A stretch of 31,848 bases of DNA from positions 1 to 31,848 of IMG/VR virus record IMGVR_UViG_3300046779_000771; one strand, given 5' to 3'. Below the pieces are notes generated by a model that saw only the letters and a program-made list of their open reading frames with translations, made no database searches and had not been told where the DNA came from. This document shows positions 1-9,796 of the stretch, piece by piece. The position numbers and the translations under genes are program-made. The DNA is from a virus (Duplodnaviria > Caudoviricetes). Numbering within the stretch: position 1 is the stretch's first letter; each line of letters starts with the position of its first letter.

Positions 1-1
1 A

Positions 2-32
2 AAAAGGTGGGGTAAAGATAAACCCCACTTTT
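2..32 (+). terminator. Intrinsic terminator-like hairpin after the frameshifted chaperone
   Basis: GTGGGGT-aaagataa-ACCCCAC stem followed by TTTTGTT; overlaps the TAA (13-15 = 31720-31722) of the -1 frame ORF. Confidence 0.6.
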
Positions 33-34
33 GT

Positions 35-42
35 TGTTATTA
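35..42 (+). promoter_or_regulatory. Putative phage late promoter motif TGTTATTA
   Basis: Same octamer precedes ORFs at 3041, 5501, 19228, 21250 and 29270. Confidence 0.6.
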
Positions 43-58
43 CCAATAAACAATACAA

Positions 59-325
59 ATGGCTAAATGGAGTAATTCACGTAACGGAAACCTACGTTAT
101 TCTGTCAATAGAGAGAATGCGAGTGGTATATACATTGGTCCAACGCAAGGTTTATCATCACCAAAGAATAGTAGAAGAGGATGTCTATGTTTAGATAGAG
201 ATGCTTACGATGTTCGTTGTTGTAATGGTGCTCTTATGGAGCAAGGTATTGGTGTAATTCAAGGAACACAAATACACACAGGTGGTGGTTTCTCTGATGG
301 TTATTCTGATGGATTTGATAATTAA
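59..325 (+). CDS. Small Cys-rich putative virion-associated protein
   Basis: 88 aa; CLC...CC cluster; C-terminal GGFSDGYSDGF motif; follows late motif. Confidence 0.7.
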   Translation: MAKWSNSRNGNLRYSVNRENASGIYIGPTQGLSSPKNSRRGCLCLDRDAYDVRCCNGALMEQGIGVIQGTQIHTGGGFSDGYSDGFDN

Positions 326-340
326 ATAAATAAATAAGAT

Positions 341-2821
341 ATGTCTGAATTATCTAAACAAGCATTAAAGGTAGATAATAATACCTCATTCCCTAATAAT
401 ACAACCAATTACATTACACCTGCTATATTAAGAGCATTTAATGTGAACGTAATTGATTCTATGGTGGATGAAATACCATTCCAAGCATTTACTCAATCAG
501 TATTAGAATCATTAGATTCATTGGATGCTTTCACTGCATCTATAAACACTAACTTTGATGCTTTGAATGCTTATACGGCATCAAACAATACTAAATGGAG
601 TAATTTAGGTGCTCAATCAGGTAGTTGGATAACTGAATCAGAAACCGGTTCATTTGCTAAATTAGATGCAAACCAAACATTCACAGGTGTAAATACCTTT
701 ACGAATGAGATGACTGCATCACAAGCAAAGTTCTTATCTATTCAGACTGGAACTTTAACTGCAACTACTATCCATACTATTACTGAAAGTTCTTCTGTAA
801 TTTATAGTAGTGGTTCAAACATCTTTGGAGATGCTGCTACTGATTCACAAACACTTTATGGTTCGGTAAATGCAGTAAACCAATTTACGGCAAGTGGGTT
901 ACATTATCCAACTGCTGATAATGGTGCAAAATCATTCTTACAAACTGATGGTGCAGGTAATCTATCTCTACAATATGTAGATGCTATGTTTGAAACCGTT
1001 CGTAATATGAGTGGTATAACTCTTGCAAAAGGAACACCTGTTTATATTTCAGGTTCTACTGGTGATAACGGAAATGCTTATGTAGCAGATGCATCCGATG
1101 CATCAAAGATGCCGGCAATGTATATATTGGGTGAAAACTTAGATTCTGGTGATACAGGTATTGCATTAGTAGGTGGATTGATTGAAGGAGTAAATACAAC
1201 AGGCTATCCAGTTGGAACAATTATATATGTTGCAGAAGGTGGAGGTTGGACTTCATCAAGACCGACAGGTGCTTCATCAATCGTTCAAGTATTAGGTGTA
1301 GTTCAAAAAGAAGGTGTAGGTGGACAAGGTGTTGTAATCAACCAATTAGAAGCAATATTACCAAATATTGAAAAAGGATACCTTTGGGTAGGTAACGGTA
1401 ATAATCAACCAACTAATGTATCTACTGCTTCATTTGCAACTACGGGTTCAAATACATTTACAGGAGCACAGATAATTCAAAATACTTTAACTGTAACCGG
1501 TAATACATTGGTAGGTGATTATACATCTAACCAATATCCTGCTTTACAAACAAAGGTAAGCACAACAACAAATCCTGGTAACATATACTCAACTGTTGGT
1601 ATAAAGAACGATAACGATGCAGTTGGTTCTGCCGGTATATACGCATCTACATTCACATCATTTGGTAGTGGTTTAGTAACAGGTATCTACGGTGGTGGAA
1701 CTGGAAATAAGTTTGCAGGAGATGGTGGTAATACTGCTATCTATTTAGAGGGTTCTAGAATGCAAATTGTAAAAGATACAATTGTATCTGGCTCATTAGC
1801 AGTTTCATCTTCATTAACAGTAAATGGTTCACCGGTTGTGGTATCATCTCAAACGGGTTCATTCATTACAGAAGCTGAGACTGGTTCATTTGCAACTACT
1901 GGCTCTAATATCTTTGTAGGAAATCAAACCATTACAGGTTCATTCTCTACAAACGGAGGAGCTACATTTGGTAACACATCAGCACAATACAATAGTGTAA
2001 ACATTGTAACATCTAAAACAAACTTCCCTGGCAACGTATATAATGCATTCGGTATTGATACGGATAATAATGGACAGTGGAGTGCAGGTTTATATGTTTC
2101 ATCATATAACTCATTCGGTTCTGAACCTGCTATGGGATTATACGGAGGTGGTATTGGAAATAGTGGAGCTAATAATGTATTAGAATCTTACGGTAATTTA
2201 GTAAGAGTAAATAAGAATACTGAAATATCAGGTTCATTAGCAGTATCTGCATCATTGACAGTAAATGGTTCTAATGTAGTGGTATCATCACAGACTGGTT
2301 CGTTTATAACAGAATCAGAAACGGGTTCATTTGCAACTACGGGAGCTAATACATTCAATGGTAATCAAACTATTACAGGTTCTCTAACAACTAATGGTGG
2401 TGCAACATTTGGAAATAGAAGTGCACAATACAATAATGTAAGTGTAGTAACATCACTTACAAATTATCCTGGTAACCTATACAACTCAATCGGTATAGAT
2501 GTAGATAGTAGTAGTCAATACAATGGAGGTTTCTATATATCCACATATACGGCATATGGTTCTAACCCTGCGTTTGGATTGTATGGTGGTGGAAACGGTA
2601 ATGATGGAAGTAACACTATTTTATTATCAGCAGGTAATTTAGCTAGAATAACAAAGAATACACAAATAACTGGCTCATTATCTGTAACAGGTAGTATAGG
2701 TGTATCGCAGGTAATGAACTTAAAAGGACAAGACCCATTACCATCAGGAACAATTGGAGATTTAGCAGTATCAGGTTCTAATTTGTATTTCTACAATGGA
2801 GCTTGGACACAAGTAATATAA
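341..2821 (+). CDS. Fibre/appendage-like virion protein with internal repeats
   Basis: 826 aa, Ser/Thr/Gly-rich; repeated SFATTGSNxFxGxQxI units; capsid-cement-like segment KGTPVYISG...IYVAEGGGWTSSRPT; short C-terminal GDLAVSGSNLYFYNGAW cap. Confidence 0.7.
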   Translation: MSELSKQALKVDNNTSFPNNTTNYITPAILRAFNVNVIDSMVDEIPFQAFTQSVLESLDSLDAFTASINTNFDALNAYTASNNTKWSNLGAQSGSWITESETGSFAKLDANQTFTGVNTFTNEMTASQAKFLSIQTGTLTATTIHTITESSSVIYSSGSNIFGDAATDSQTLYGSVNAVNQFTASGLHYPTADNGAKSFLQTDGAGNLSLQYVDAMFETVRNMSGITLAKGTPVYISGSTGDNGNAYVADASDASKMPAMYILGENLDSGDTGIALVGGLIEGVNTTGYPVGTIIYVAEGGGWTSSRPTGASSIVQVLGVVQKEGVGGQGVVINQLEAILPNIEKGYLWVGNGNNQPTNVSTASFATTGSNTFTGAQIIQNTLTVTGNTLVGDYTSNQYPALQTKVSTTTNPGNIYSTVGIKNDNDAVGSAGIYASTFTSFGSGLVTGIYGGGTGNKFAGDGGNTAIYLEGSRMQIVKDTIVSGSLAVSSSLTVNGSPVVVSSQTGSFITEAETGSFATTGSNIFVGNQTITGSFSTNGGATFGNTSAQYNSVNIVTSKTNFPGNVYNAFGIDTDNNGQWSAGLYVSSYNSFGSEPAMGLYGGGIGNSGANNVLESYGNLVRVNKNTEISGSLAVSASLTVNGSNVVVSSQTGSFITESETGSFATTGANTFNGNQTITGSLTTNGGATFGNRSAQYNNVSVVTSLTNYPGNLYNSIGIDVDSSSQYNGGFYISTYTAYGSNPAFGLYGGGNGNDGSNTILLSAGNLARITKNTQITGSLSVTGSIGVSQVMNLKGQDPLPSGTIGDLAVSGSNLYFYNGAWTQVI

Positions 2822-2822
2822 T

Positions 2823-2978
2823 ATGGCTTTTATAGAAGTAATACAAAACGAAACAGAATATCATTTGGAAATGTGGAACGAACCTGCTTTAATTGAAGCA
2901 GGTATTCCATATACATTAGTTCTGGCTGATAGAGATTTTACCTTATCAACAATAGAGGAAGTGATAAACCCTCAATAA
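2823..2978 (+). CDS. Small acidic hypothetical protein (51 aa, not in ORF track); possible fibre chaperone
   Basis: ATG 1 nt after the 2821 stop; MAFIEVIQNETEYHLEMWNEPALIEAGIPYTLVLADRDFTLSTIEEVINPQ. Confidence 0.6.
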   Translation: MAFIEVIQNETEYHLEMWNEPALIEAGIPYTLVLADRDFTLSTIEEVINPQ

Positions 2979-3003
2979 AAATAACTATTTTTTAACTCGC
3001 TAT

Positions 3004-3011
3004 TGTTATTA
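3004..3011 (+). promoter_or_regulatory. Putative late promoter motif TGTTATTA
   Basis: Intergenic, 29 nt upstream of the scaffold ATG. Confidence 0.6.
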
Positions 3012-3040
3012 TGTAATAATAGAAACAAACTTTATTTAAT

Positions 3041-3775
3041 ATGAACTCAAAATCAGTATTAGGCAAGATAATGACTCTTCTTTCTTTGGAAGTTGCATTT
3101 ACAGATGCCCAAACAAAAGACGGAACAATCTTACAATCTCCAACATTTGATTTAGGCGAATCAGTAGATGTTGTATCAGAAGATGGAGCTAAAACTCCTG
3201 CACCTGATGGAGAACATGAAATTGCTTTGAAAGATTCAGAAGGTAATGAAGTAATCATCAGAATTGAAACTAAGGATGGTATCATCACAAGTAGAGAGAA
3301 CGTTGAAGAAGCTAACCCTGAATTAGAAAAGGTAGATGAAGAAGTTGTAGATAAAGAAGCTAAGGTTGAAGAACATTTAGCAGATGCTACAACAGTAGAA
3401 GCACACCCACTTCCAAACACAACAGATGAAGACCCAAGAAACTCATTGGGAGAAGATGATGAGGAAGCTGAAAAGAATGACCCTTTAATCTCACTTTCTT
3501 ACAGAATAGATGAATTAGAGAAAGCATTGAAAGAAATGAAAGTAAAATTAGGTGAAGAATCACCAGTAGATGAAGAAGCTATTGATGAAGAAGAACCAGC
3601 AATTGAAGATGAATCAGTAGCTATGGCAGCAGAAGAAGAGGAAGAACTACCTAAATTAGATGGAGCTCCTTTGGATGTTAAGATGTCAGCTGAACATTTA
3701 CACACACCGAATAATAACTTTGGTAAGAAAACAGGCTCTCCACAGGGTTCATTCTTATCTAAATTATATAGATAA
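3041..3775 (+). CDS. Putative capsid scaffolding protein
   Basis: 244 aa, very acidic, coiled-coil segment (RIDELEKALKEMK), PAPDGEH motif, immediately upstream of the major capsid gene. Confidence 0.65.
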   Translation: MNSKSVLGKIMTLLSLEVAFTDAQTKDGTILQSPTFDLGESVDVVSEDGAKTPAPDGEHEIALKDSEGNEVIIRIETKDGIITSRENVEEANPELEKVDEEVVDKEAKVEEHLADATTVEAHPLPNTTDEDPRNSLGEDDEEAEKNDPLISLSYRIDELEKALKEMKVKLGEESPVDEEAIDEEEPAIEDESVAMAAEEEEELPKLDGAPLDVKMSAEHLHTPNNNFGKKTGSPQGSFLSKLYR

Positions 3776-3806
3776 AATATTTAATAACTCATTTAACCAA
3801 AACAAA

Positions 3807-4778
3807 ATGAAAGCAAAACAAAACTTTGCAACACAACCACAAATCACATCTACATACGCAGGTGAGTTTGCTGGTCAGTATATTGCAGCAGCTTTATTAT
3901 CTGCTAAAACTTTGGATAACAAATACATCACTATTCACCCGAATGTGAAGTATAAAGAAGTAATCCAAAAGATTGCAGTTGATGGAATCGTTCAAGATGC
4001 TTCTTGTGATTTCACTACTTCTGGTTCTGTTGCTTTAACAGAAGCAGTTTTAACTCCAAAAGAATTACAAGTAAACTTACAATTATGTAAGCAACAATTC
4101 GTAGCATCTTGGGAGGCATTACAATTAGGATATTCAGCATTTGATGAAATCCCTAAGAACTTCAACGATTATTTAATCTCTTATGTTGGAGGTATCGTAG
4201 CACAAGCAACTGAACAATCTATTTGGACAGGTAACGCTTCTACAAACGGTCAATTCGGTGGTTTATTACCTGCATTCTCTGCATCTATCGCAGCAGGTGG
4301 AGCAACTGCGGTATTACCAGCAGTATCTGGTTCAACAATCATCTCTGGTTCAATCACATCAGCTAACGTATTATCTAAATTAGATTCAGTAGTAAACACT
4401 ATTCCTGATGCAGTTTATGGTAAGGAAGACTTATTGTTATACGTTCCAACAAACGTAGCAAAAGCTTACCAGCAAGCATTAGCAGGTGGTGCTATCGGTG
4501 CAAACGGATGGAACAACCAAATGAACGTTGGAGAGAAACCATTCAACTTCAATGGTATTGAAATCGTTCTTTGCCCAGGTATGACAGCATCTACTGTTGT
4601 AGCAGCACAAAAATCTAACTTACACTTCGGAACTGGTTTATTATCAGATTACAATGAGGTTAGAGTATTAGACATGGCTAACATTGATGGTTCACAAAAC
4701 TATCGTGTAATCATGAGATACACAGGTGGAACTACATTTGGTATCGGTCAAGACATCGTTTACTACGGAGCTTACTAA
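3807..4778 (+). CDS. Major capsid protein (HK97-like fold presumed)
   Basis: Start revised to ATG 3807 (323 aa, MKAKQNFATQPQITSTYAGEFAGQYI), after the scaffold stop; size, position and downstream terminator fit an MCP of Bacteroidota-type phages. Confidence 0.85.
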   Translation: MKAKQNFATQPQITSTYAGEFAGQYIAAALLSAKTLDNKYITIHPNVKYKEVIQKIAVDGIVQDASCDFTTSGSVALTEAVLTPKELQVNLQLCKQQFVASWEALQLGYSAFDEIPKNFNDYLISYVGGIVAQATEQSIWTGNASTNGQFGGLLPAFSASIAAGGATAVLPAVSGSTIISGSITSANVLSKLDSVVNTIPDAVYGKEDLLLYVPTNVAKAYQQALAGGAIGANGWNNQMNVGEKPFNFNGIEIVLCPGMTASTVVAAQKSNLHFGTGLLSDYNEVRVLDMANIDGSQNYRVIMRYTGGTTFGIGQDIVYYGAY

Positions 4779-4791
4779 TAAAACCAATATG

Positions 4792-4819
4792 GGGGTAGGA
4801 ATTACCTACCCCTTTATTT
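4792..4819 (+). terminator. Intrinsic terminator after the capsid gene
   Basis: GGGGTAGG-aatta-CCTACCCC then TTTATTT. Confidence 0.8.
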
Positions 4820-4843
4820 ACTAACAATTAAAATATAACAGAT

Positions 4844-5380
4844 ATGGCTTGTTTATTATCGCAAGGACGTCAGGAAGTATGTAAAGAATCAATAGGTGGC
4901 TTACAAGGTGCTTATTTCATTAACTACACAACTGGCTCTTTCACAAAGGATGCAAACGGAGAGGTAACAGCTTTACCATCCGGTTCAACGGTATATTACT
5001 ACCAGTTGAAGGGTTCTAGTGCATATACTGAAACAGTAAATACATCTCGTGACAACGGAACAACATTCTTCTCACAAGAATTAGTGTTGAACTTAAAGAA
5101 ATTGACAAACGAGATGACAACTCAATTGAAGTTGATGGCATACGCTAGACCACAAATCATCGTATGGACAAACAACGGAGATGCATTGTTAGTTGGAGAA
5201 CATTTAGGAGCTGACGTAACTGCTGGAACTATTCAAACGGGTGCAGCATTAGGTGACCTTTACGGATACTCTGTAACATTCACAGGTATGGAACAATTAC
5301 CGGCAGCATTTTTATCGGGTTCTACAACATCTAATCCATTCGCTGGATTATCTGCTCAACCAACTATTGTGTATAACTAA
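4844..5380 (+). CDS. Major tail tube protein
   Basis: 178 aa, beta-rich; MACxxxxGRxExCK N-terminus and SRDNGTTFFSQEL motif; followed by a terminator. Confidence 0.7.
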   Translation: MACLLSQGRQEVCKESIGGLQGAYFINYTTGSFTKDANGEVTALPSGSTVYYYQLKGSSAYTETVNTSRDNGTTFFSQELVLNLKKLTNEMTTQLKLMAYARPQIIVWTNNGDALLVGEHLGADVTAGTIQTGAALGDLYGYSVTFTGMEQLPAAFLSGSTTSNPFAGLSAQPTIVYN

Positions 5381-5404
5381 TTCAGTATATTACATAGATT
5401 TTAT

Positions 5405-5438
5405 AAAGACCTCCTTACTTCGGTTTGGAGGTTTTTTT
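5405..5438 (+). terminator. Intrinsic terminator after the tail tube gene
   Basis: AAAGACCTCC...cTTCGg...GGAGGTTTTTTT. Confidence 0.8.
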
Positions 5439-5463
5439 ATTTGATGATAAATGATAAATGTGA

Positions 5464-5471
5464 TGTTATTA
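5464..5471 (+). promoter_or_regulatory. Putative late promoter motif TGTTATTA
   Basis: Directly after the terminator, upstream of the 5501/portal operon. Confidence 0.6.
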
Positions 5472-5500
5472 TAGAGATAATATGACCTAAATACAAGCTA

Positions 5501-5860
5501 ATGCTATCATATCACATATCACAGAGTAATTCTTACACCATTAGAACCGAACCAACTGCTTCTAATTCATTCACTATGAGTTTGCAGGATATGTATGGTT
5601 TAAATAATCTAACTGCATCTATATCTGGTATCACCTACGATGGATACGAAAGTATGTTAGGATTTACTGCTTCTATTAGTGGGTCAATCATTGGTTCTGA
5701 ATATAGAGCCGTATTATACAATGGGGATACATCTATATGGCATGGTTCTATTCAGGTTTATAAATCATCTTCATTATCTATACCTAAATCTGATTACGAA
5801 AATCAAAATACCCAATACATTTCTCATAATAGTGAGAACAAGTATGTAATTATTGACTAA
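5501..5860 (+). CDS. Hypothetical virion (neck/connector-like) protein
   Basis: 119 aa beta-rich ORF coupled to the portal gene. Confidence 0.6.
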   Translation: MLSYHISQSNSYTIRTEPTASNSFTMSLQDMYGLNNLTASISGITYDGYESMLGFTASISGSIIGSEYRAVLYNGDTSIWHGSIQVYKSSSLSIPKSDYENQNTQYISHNSENKYVIID

Positions 5861-5861
5861 T

Positions 5862-7142
5862 ATGAAACAAGGACAAAAGTTTGCAGTTGTAAATGTAAAT
5901 ACCAATCAACTTCCAATCATATCGGAGGATACAAAAACACGTTATCAGTATGTTCCGTTTGGAGTATATGGACAAGATGACTTCTTTGAAGCAGTAACAA
6001 CTGCGTGGAATGTATCTACAACTACATCTGCTTGTGTAGAAGGTATTGCTGATTTAATCTATGGTAAGGGTTTATACTCAAAGAATAAAGGATTTGAAGA
6101 ATCATTAGGAAAACTTATTCCACAAGAAGAAACTAAAAGAGTAGCATTTGATTTAAAACTATTCGGTAATGCTGCTTATCAGGTATATTGGAATGATGAC
6201 CACACAAAGGTAATAAAGTTCTATCACGTTCCAGTTCAGTATTTAAGAGCTGAGAAACTATATGGTAATCCTAGAATAGAGAACTACTATTACTGTCACG
6301 ATTGGCAAGACCAAAGAGCAATTAAAAATAAAAAGAAAATCCCTGCATTTGGAACATCAAATGAGAAGATGGAAATCCTTTACATTAAGAACTATTTCCC
6401 AGGTTTATATTACTACTCCTTACCTGATTGGGTATCTGCAATGCAGTATTCAATAGCAGAAGGTGAAATATCTAACTTACACTTAAACAACATTACTAAC
6501 GGATTCTTACCGGCAGTAATGATAAACTTTAATAACGGAGTTCCTGCACCAGAAGAGAGAGAAACTATTGAGGATTTAATCCAAGCTAAATTTACAGGAA
6601 CTGATAATGCAGGTAGATTTATGTTATCGTTTAACGATGACCCTTTAACTAAACCTACAATTGATGTTATTCAGATTGATAACCTACACGAAAAGTATGA
6701 GTATGTTGCTGAATATACGCAAGATAGAATATTGGTTGCTCATAGAGTTACCTCACCATTACTATTTGGTATCAGAACTGCTAACAATGGTTTTAGTTCT
6801 CAATCAGAGGAGATGATGACGGCATTCTCTATTATGCAAACTATGACAATCTCACCATTCCAAAACCTTATCTTAAACGCATTAGATATGGCATTAACAG
6901 AGGGTGGATTTAGTGATACTCAATTATACTTTGACCAATTAACACCATTAGCTATCTTAGCACAACAAGCAGAAGATACTGATAAAACTATTTCAGAAGT
7001 AGCAGATGAAACTAACAAAGAGTTAGAGAATCCTGCTACAACTGACCAGCCAGAAGACCAAACAACACAGGATGCTGAACCTCGCTTTGTGAGACAATCA
7101 CAAGCATTTTTTGAACAAGAATACGAAACATATAACGACTAA
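5862..7142 (+). CDS. Portal protein
   Basis: ATG 5862 preferred; about 426 aa; LFGNAAYQV, YYSLPDW, NNITNGFLPAVMI, KFTGTDNAGRF and ILVAHRVTSPLLFG motifs typical of phage portals. Confidence 0.85.
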   Translation: MKQGQKFAVVNVNTNQLPIISEDTKTRYQYVPFGVYGQDDFFEAVTTAWNVSTTTSACVEGIADLIYGKGLYSKNKGFEESLGKLIPQEETKRVAFDLKLFGNAAYQVYWNDDHTKVIKFYHVPVQYLRAEKLYGNPRIENYYYCHDWQDQRAIKNKKKIPAFGTSNEKMEILYIKNYFPGLYYYSLPDWVSAMQYSIAEGEISNLHLNNITNGFLPAVMINFNNGVPAPEERETIEDLIQAKFTGTDNAGRFMLSFNDDPLTKPTIDVIQIDNLHEKYEYVAEYTQDRILVAHRVTSPLLFGIRTANNGFSSQSEEMMTAFSIMQTMTISPFQNLILNALDMALTEGGFSDTQLYFDQLTPLAILAQQAEDTDKTISEVADETNKELENPATTDQPEDQTTQDAEPRFVRQSQAFFEQEYETYND

Positions 7143-7144
7143 TT

Positions 7145-7663
7145 ATGGCTTACGCTTTATTCATCACTAGAAATGACATCATAAAGAACACCCCATTGCA
7201 GGGTGCTATTGATGCCGATGCTTTATTACCCTTTGTAAGAACGGCACAAGATAAGTATTTGAAGAACTTATTAGGAACTGTATTGTTTGAGTATTTACAA
7301 GCACAGATATTAGCAGGAACTGTTGATACACTATCAGTATATTACCAAGACTTATTAGACGACCACATAAAGAATACTTTGAATTGGTATGCTTGTGTGG
7401 AGTATCTACCATTTAGTTCAATTCAGTTCAAATCAAACGGAGCAGTTAAACAACAATCAGAACAAGGAACTGCACCAGCTAAATCTGAAATTGATTATTT
7501 ACGTTCAACTGCACAAACGAATGCTGATTACTATGCATTGAGATTACAAAACTATTTGATTGCTTATTCAAATAACATACCTCAATACTTACAATCAGTT
7601 GGAAATCAAACTCAAATCTATCCTGACCAAACTAACCAATACTTTGGGGGTATTCAATTGTAA
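7145..7663 (+). CDS. Putative head-tail adaptor protein
   Basis: 172 aa helical protein directly after the portal; AQDKYLKNLLG motif. Confidence 0.55.
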   Translation: MAYALFITRNDIIKNTPLQGAIDADALLPFVRTAQDKYLKNLLGTVLFEYLQAQILAGTVDTLSVYYQDLLDDHIKNTLNWYACVEYLPFSSIQFKSNGAVKQQSEQGTAPAKSEIDYLRSTAQTNADYYALRLQNYLIAYSNNIPQYLQSVGNQTQIYPDQTNQYFGGIQL

Positions 7664-7666
7664 TAT

Positions 7667-8185
7667 ATGAGCTTTTTAGTTAATAATACCGGCACCAACT
7701 ATTCGTTATACTATAATGTTTTGGATTATTTCAAGACTATTATGAATAACCACCCGTCTATTGCTGCGGTTTCACAAGGACCGATAGGTGAGGTAGATGA
7801 TATTCAATATCCATTCTATCCATTAGGTAATATACAAATTGTAGGTGCTGATTTTCAACCATCTTCAACTGATTATAAAGTTTTACTTATCGTTGCTGAC
7901 AAAGTAAAGAATAAGAATAATGAATCAGATGATAGAACTAATGCACAGATAGTTCCATATTATAATGTAGATGATGTGGTAGATATACACGCCAATACTT
8001 TGAGTATAATGAACGATTTACTTTCGTTTACACAATACTCCGTTGAAGCATTTCAAATCAATTCTACCATCAATTTAGAACCATTTGCGGATAGATTTAA
8101 TAACGGTTTAGCAGGATGGGCAGCAACATTTACACTTACAACTCACAACGCTAGAAATAGATGTTTGTTTGATTTATATCCATAA
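7667..8185 (+). CDS. Putative tail terminator / completion protein
   Basis: 172 aa; YPFYPLGNI and EPFADRFNNGLAGW motifs; connector cluster position. Confidence 0.5.
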   Translation: MSFLVNNTGTNYSLYYNVLDYFKTIMNNHPSIAAVSQGPIGEVDDIQYPFYPLGNIQIVGADFQPSSTDYKVLLIVADKVKNKNNESDDRTNAQIVPYYNVDDVVDIHANTLSIMNDLLSFTQYSVEAFQINSTINLEPFADRFNNGLAGWAATFTLTTHNARNRCLFDLYP

Positions 8186-8577
8186 TGAAAACTCTTGCAG
8201 ATGTAGCTAAGGATTATTTATCCATAACACAAAAACTAATCAGAGGTGGATACCCTGGTTGGAAGAAAGCTCCATATCTGACAGGTAACTTATACCGAAC
8301 TGTGGGTTCATTTAACACACCACAGAGGATGGTTTTTCAACAGAAAGGTAAATCCTTCCTTACACTCAATTATGCTCCAACAGGCGCAAAGTATGGAACT
8401 TATGTGGAGAAGGGAACTACCCGTATGAGAGCTAGACCTTTTACTATGATAGCTGCAAACTCATCTGATTTGAAGAGAAGTATTGCTGAATATGAAGATG
8501 GTAAAGTTCAGGAAGTAAGAGCAGAAGTTCAAAGAAGAATGACTGTTATATTTGCTCCATTCAATCAAACCATATAG
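8185..8577 (+). CDS. HK97 gp10-like neck/tail component
   Basis: APYLTGNLYRT and YGTYVEKGTTRMRARPF resemble the HK97-gp10 family signature. Confidence 0.65.
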   Translation: MKTLADVAKDYLSITQKLIRGGYPGWKKAPYLTGNLYRTVGSFNTPQRMVFQQKGKSFLTLNYAPTGAKYGTYVEKGTTRMRARPFTMIAANSSDLKRSIAEYEDGKVQEVRAEVQRRMTVIFAPFNQTI

Positions 8578-8602
8578 TATCAAATACTTTTTGTAATTCG
8601 GT

Positions 8603-8610
8603 GGTTATTA
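8603..8610 (+). promoter_or_regulatory. Variant late promoter motif GGTTATTA
   Basis: One mismatch to TGTTATTA, intergenic, 19 nt upstream of ATG 8630. Confidence 0.45.
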
Positions 8611-8629
8611 CAATAAACAAAAGTATTAG

Positions 8630-9796
8630 ATGTCTGTAACAATATCACAAACTCCGGCAACGGCTTCACTAGCACAATCACCGATTGTATTTTCGGTGTA
8701 TTCAACTGGTTCAGTAATAACCAATAGTGGATTTCAATATATGGCTGACCTGTATTATTGGACAGGTTCTGTTTCTGATTCAGGTTCAACACCTGATTAT
8801 ACATTAGCAAAATATCCAAACACATCTTTGTATGGTATTTTTGACTTAAACAGAATTATCAATTCTACTCTTACAGATTTAGCTATTCAGAATACATCTA
8901 ATGTAATGTATTTTGCTTGTGATTTCTATTACCAATATCTATCTGGCTCATCTAACACATATGTGACTGGTTCTCATACCAAATCAAATGTGTATAAAGC
9001 ATTAGATGGTTATCAGATATTCCAAGAAGCAATTGGAGACCCTATCTACGATTTAACACCACATTGGCCTTTACTTACTGATGGACCTGCAACTCAATCT
9101 GTATTCACAACGGATACTGGTAACGCAGGTGTGTATGTTGGTAATGTTGGAACTGATGTTCCTACTGTTATTCGTTATACATCTAATTTAGGAACTGCTG
9201 ATTATAGTTTATCAGGTTCTGCTTCTTCATCACAACAAATCCAACAATACCCAATAGGACCAGCACAAAGTGGTTTCCCATTGAGTGGTTCGTTTGATTA
9301 TTTCTATGTTCAAGCTAGAACATCAGAGTTTGCTATTGGAACTCCAATCAAATATGAAGTAGAGTGTATCCAAAAGTATCCTAATGTTAGAATTAAATGG
9401 AAAAATAGATTTGGACAATTTGATTATTTTGATTTCTATATGGTTAATCGTCAATCCTTCTCTACGGAAAAGAGAACGTATCAACCACAATTAGGAACAT
9501 TCCAATCAACCGCTTTATCATATAACGATTATGATAGTGGTGTGTTGAACTATATTGCTGATTCTAAACAAGCTATTTCAGTAAACTCATTCTTTATATC
9601 AGAAGATTACAATGATATTCTAAAACAATTATTGGTATCTGATGAAATATATTGGATGTATGATGAGGCAAACAACAGAGTTAGACCTTTAACTATCACA
9701 TCACAAAACATAGTATTTAAGACAGGTGTTGTAGATAAGCTAATCCAATACCAATTTGACTTTAACTTTGGACAGGCTTATAAATTGATTCTATAA
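8630..9796 (+). CDS. Tail tip / distal-tail-like protein
   Basis: 388 aa; C-terminal WKNRFGQFDYF...KQLLVSDEIYW segment; precedes the hub-like gene. Confidence 0.6.
   Translation: MSVTISQTPATASLAQSPIVFSVYSTGSVITNSGFQYMADLYYWTGSVSDSGSTPDYTLAKYPNTSLYGIFDLNRIINSTLTDLAIQNTSNVMYFACDFYYQYLSGSSNTYVTGSHTKSNVYKALDGYQIFQEAIGDPIYDLTPHWPLLTDGPATQSVFTTDTGNAGVYVGNVGTDVPTVIRYTSNLGTADYSLSGSASSSQQIQQYPIGPAQSGFPLSGSFDYFYVQARTSEFAIGTPIKYEVECIQKYPNVRIKWKNRFGQFDYFDFYMVNRQSFSTEKRTYQPQLGTFQSTALSYNDYDSGVLNYIADSKQAISVNSFFISEDYNDILKQLLVSDEIYWMYDEANNRVRPLTITSQNIVFKTGVVDKLIQYQFDFNFGQAYKLIL

Larger units (their letters stand above)
1..141. repeat. Terminal direct repeat / circular assembly overlap (copy 1)
   Basis: 1-141 is identical to 31708-31848 except T127 vs C31834. 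Confidence 0.97.

Noticed and set aside
1430-2700. Fibre repeats as a diversity-generating retroelement TR/VR pair
   Set aside because: No reverse transcriptase in the genome, and the differences are not adenine-specific
3660-3806. ORF-track N-terminal extension of the capsid protein
   Set aside because: Overlaps the scaffold gene in another frame; ATG 3807 has a typical A-rich context
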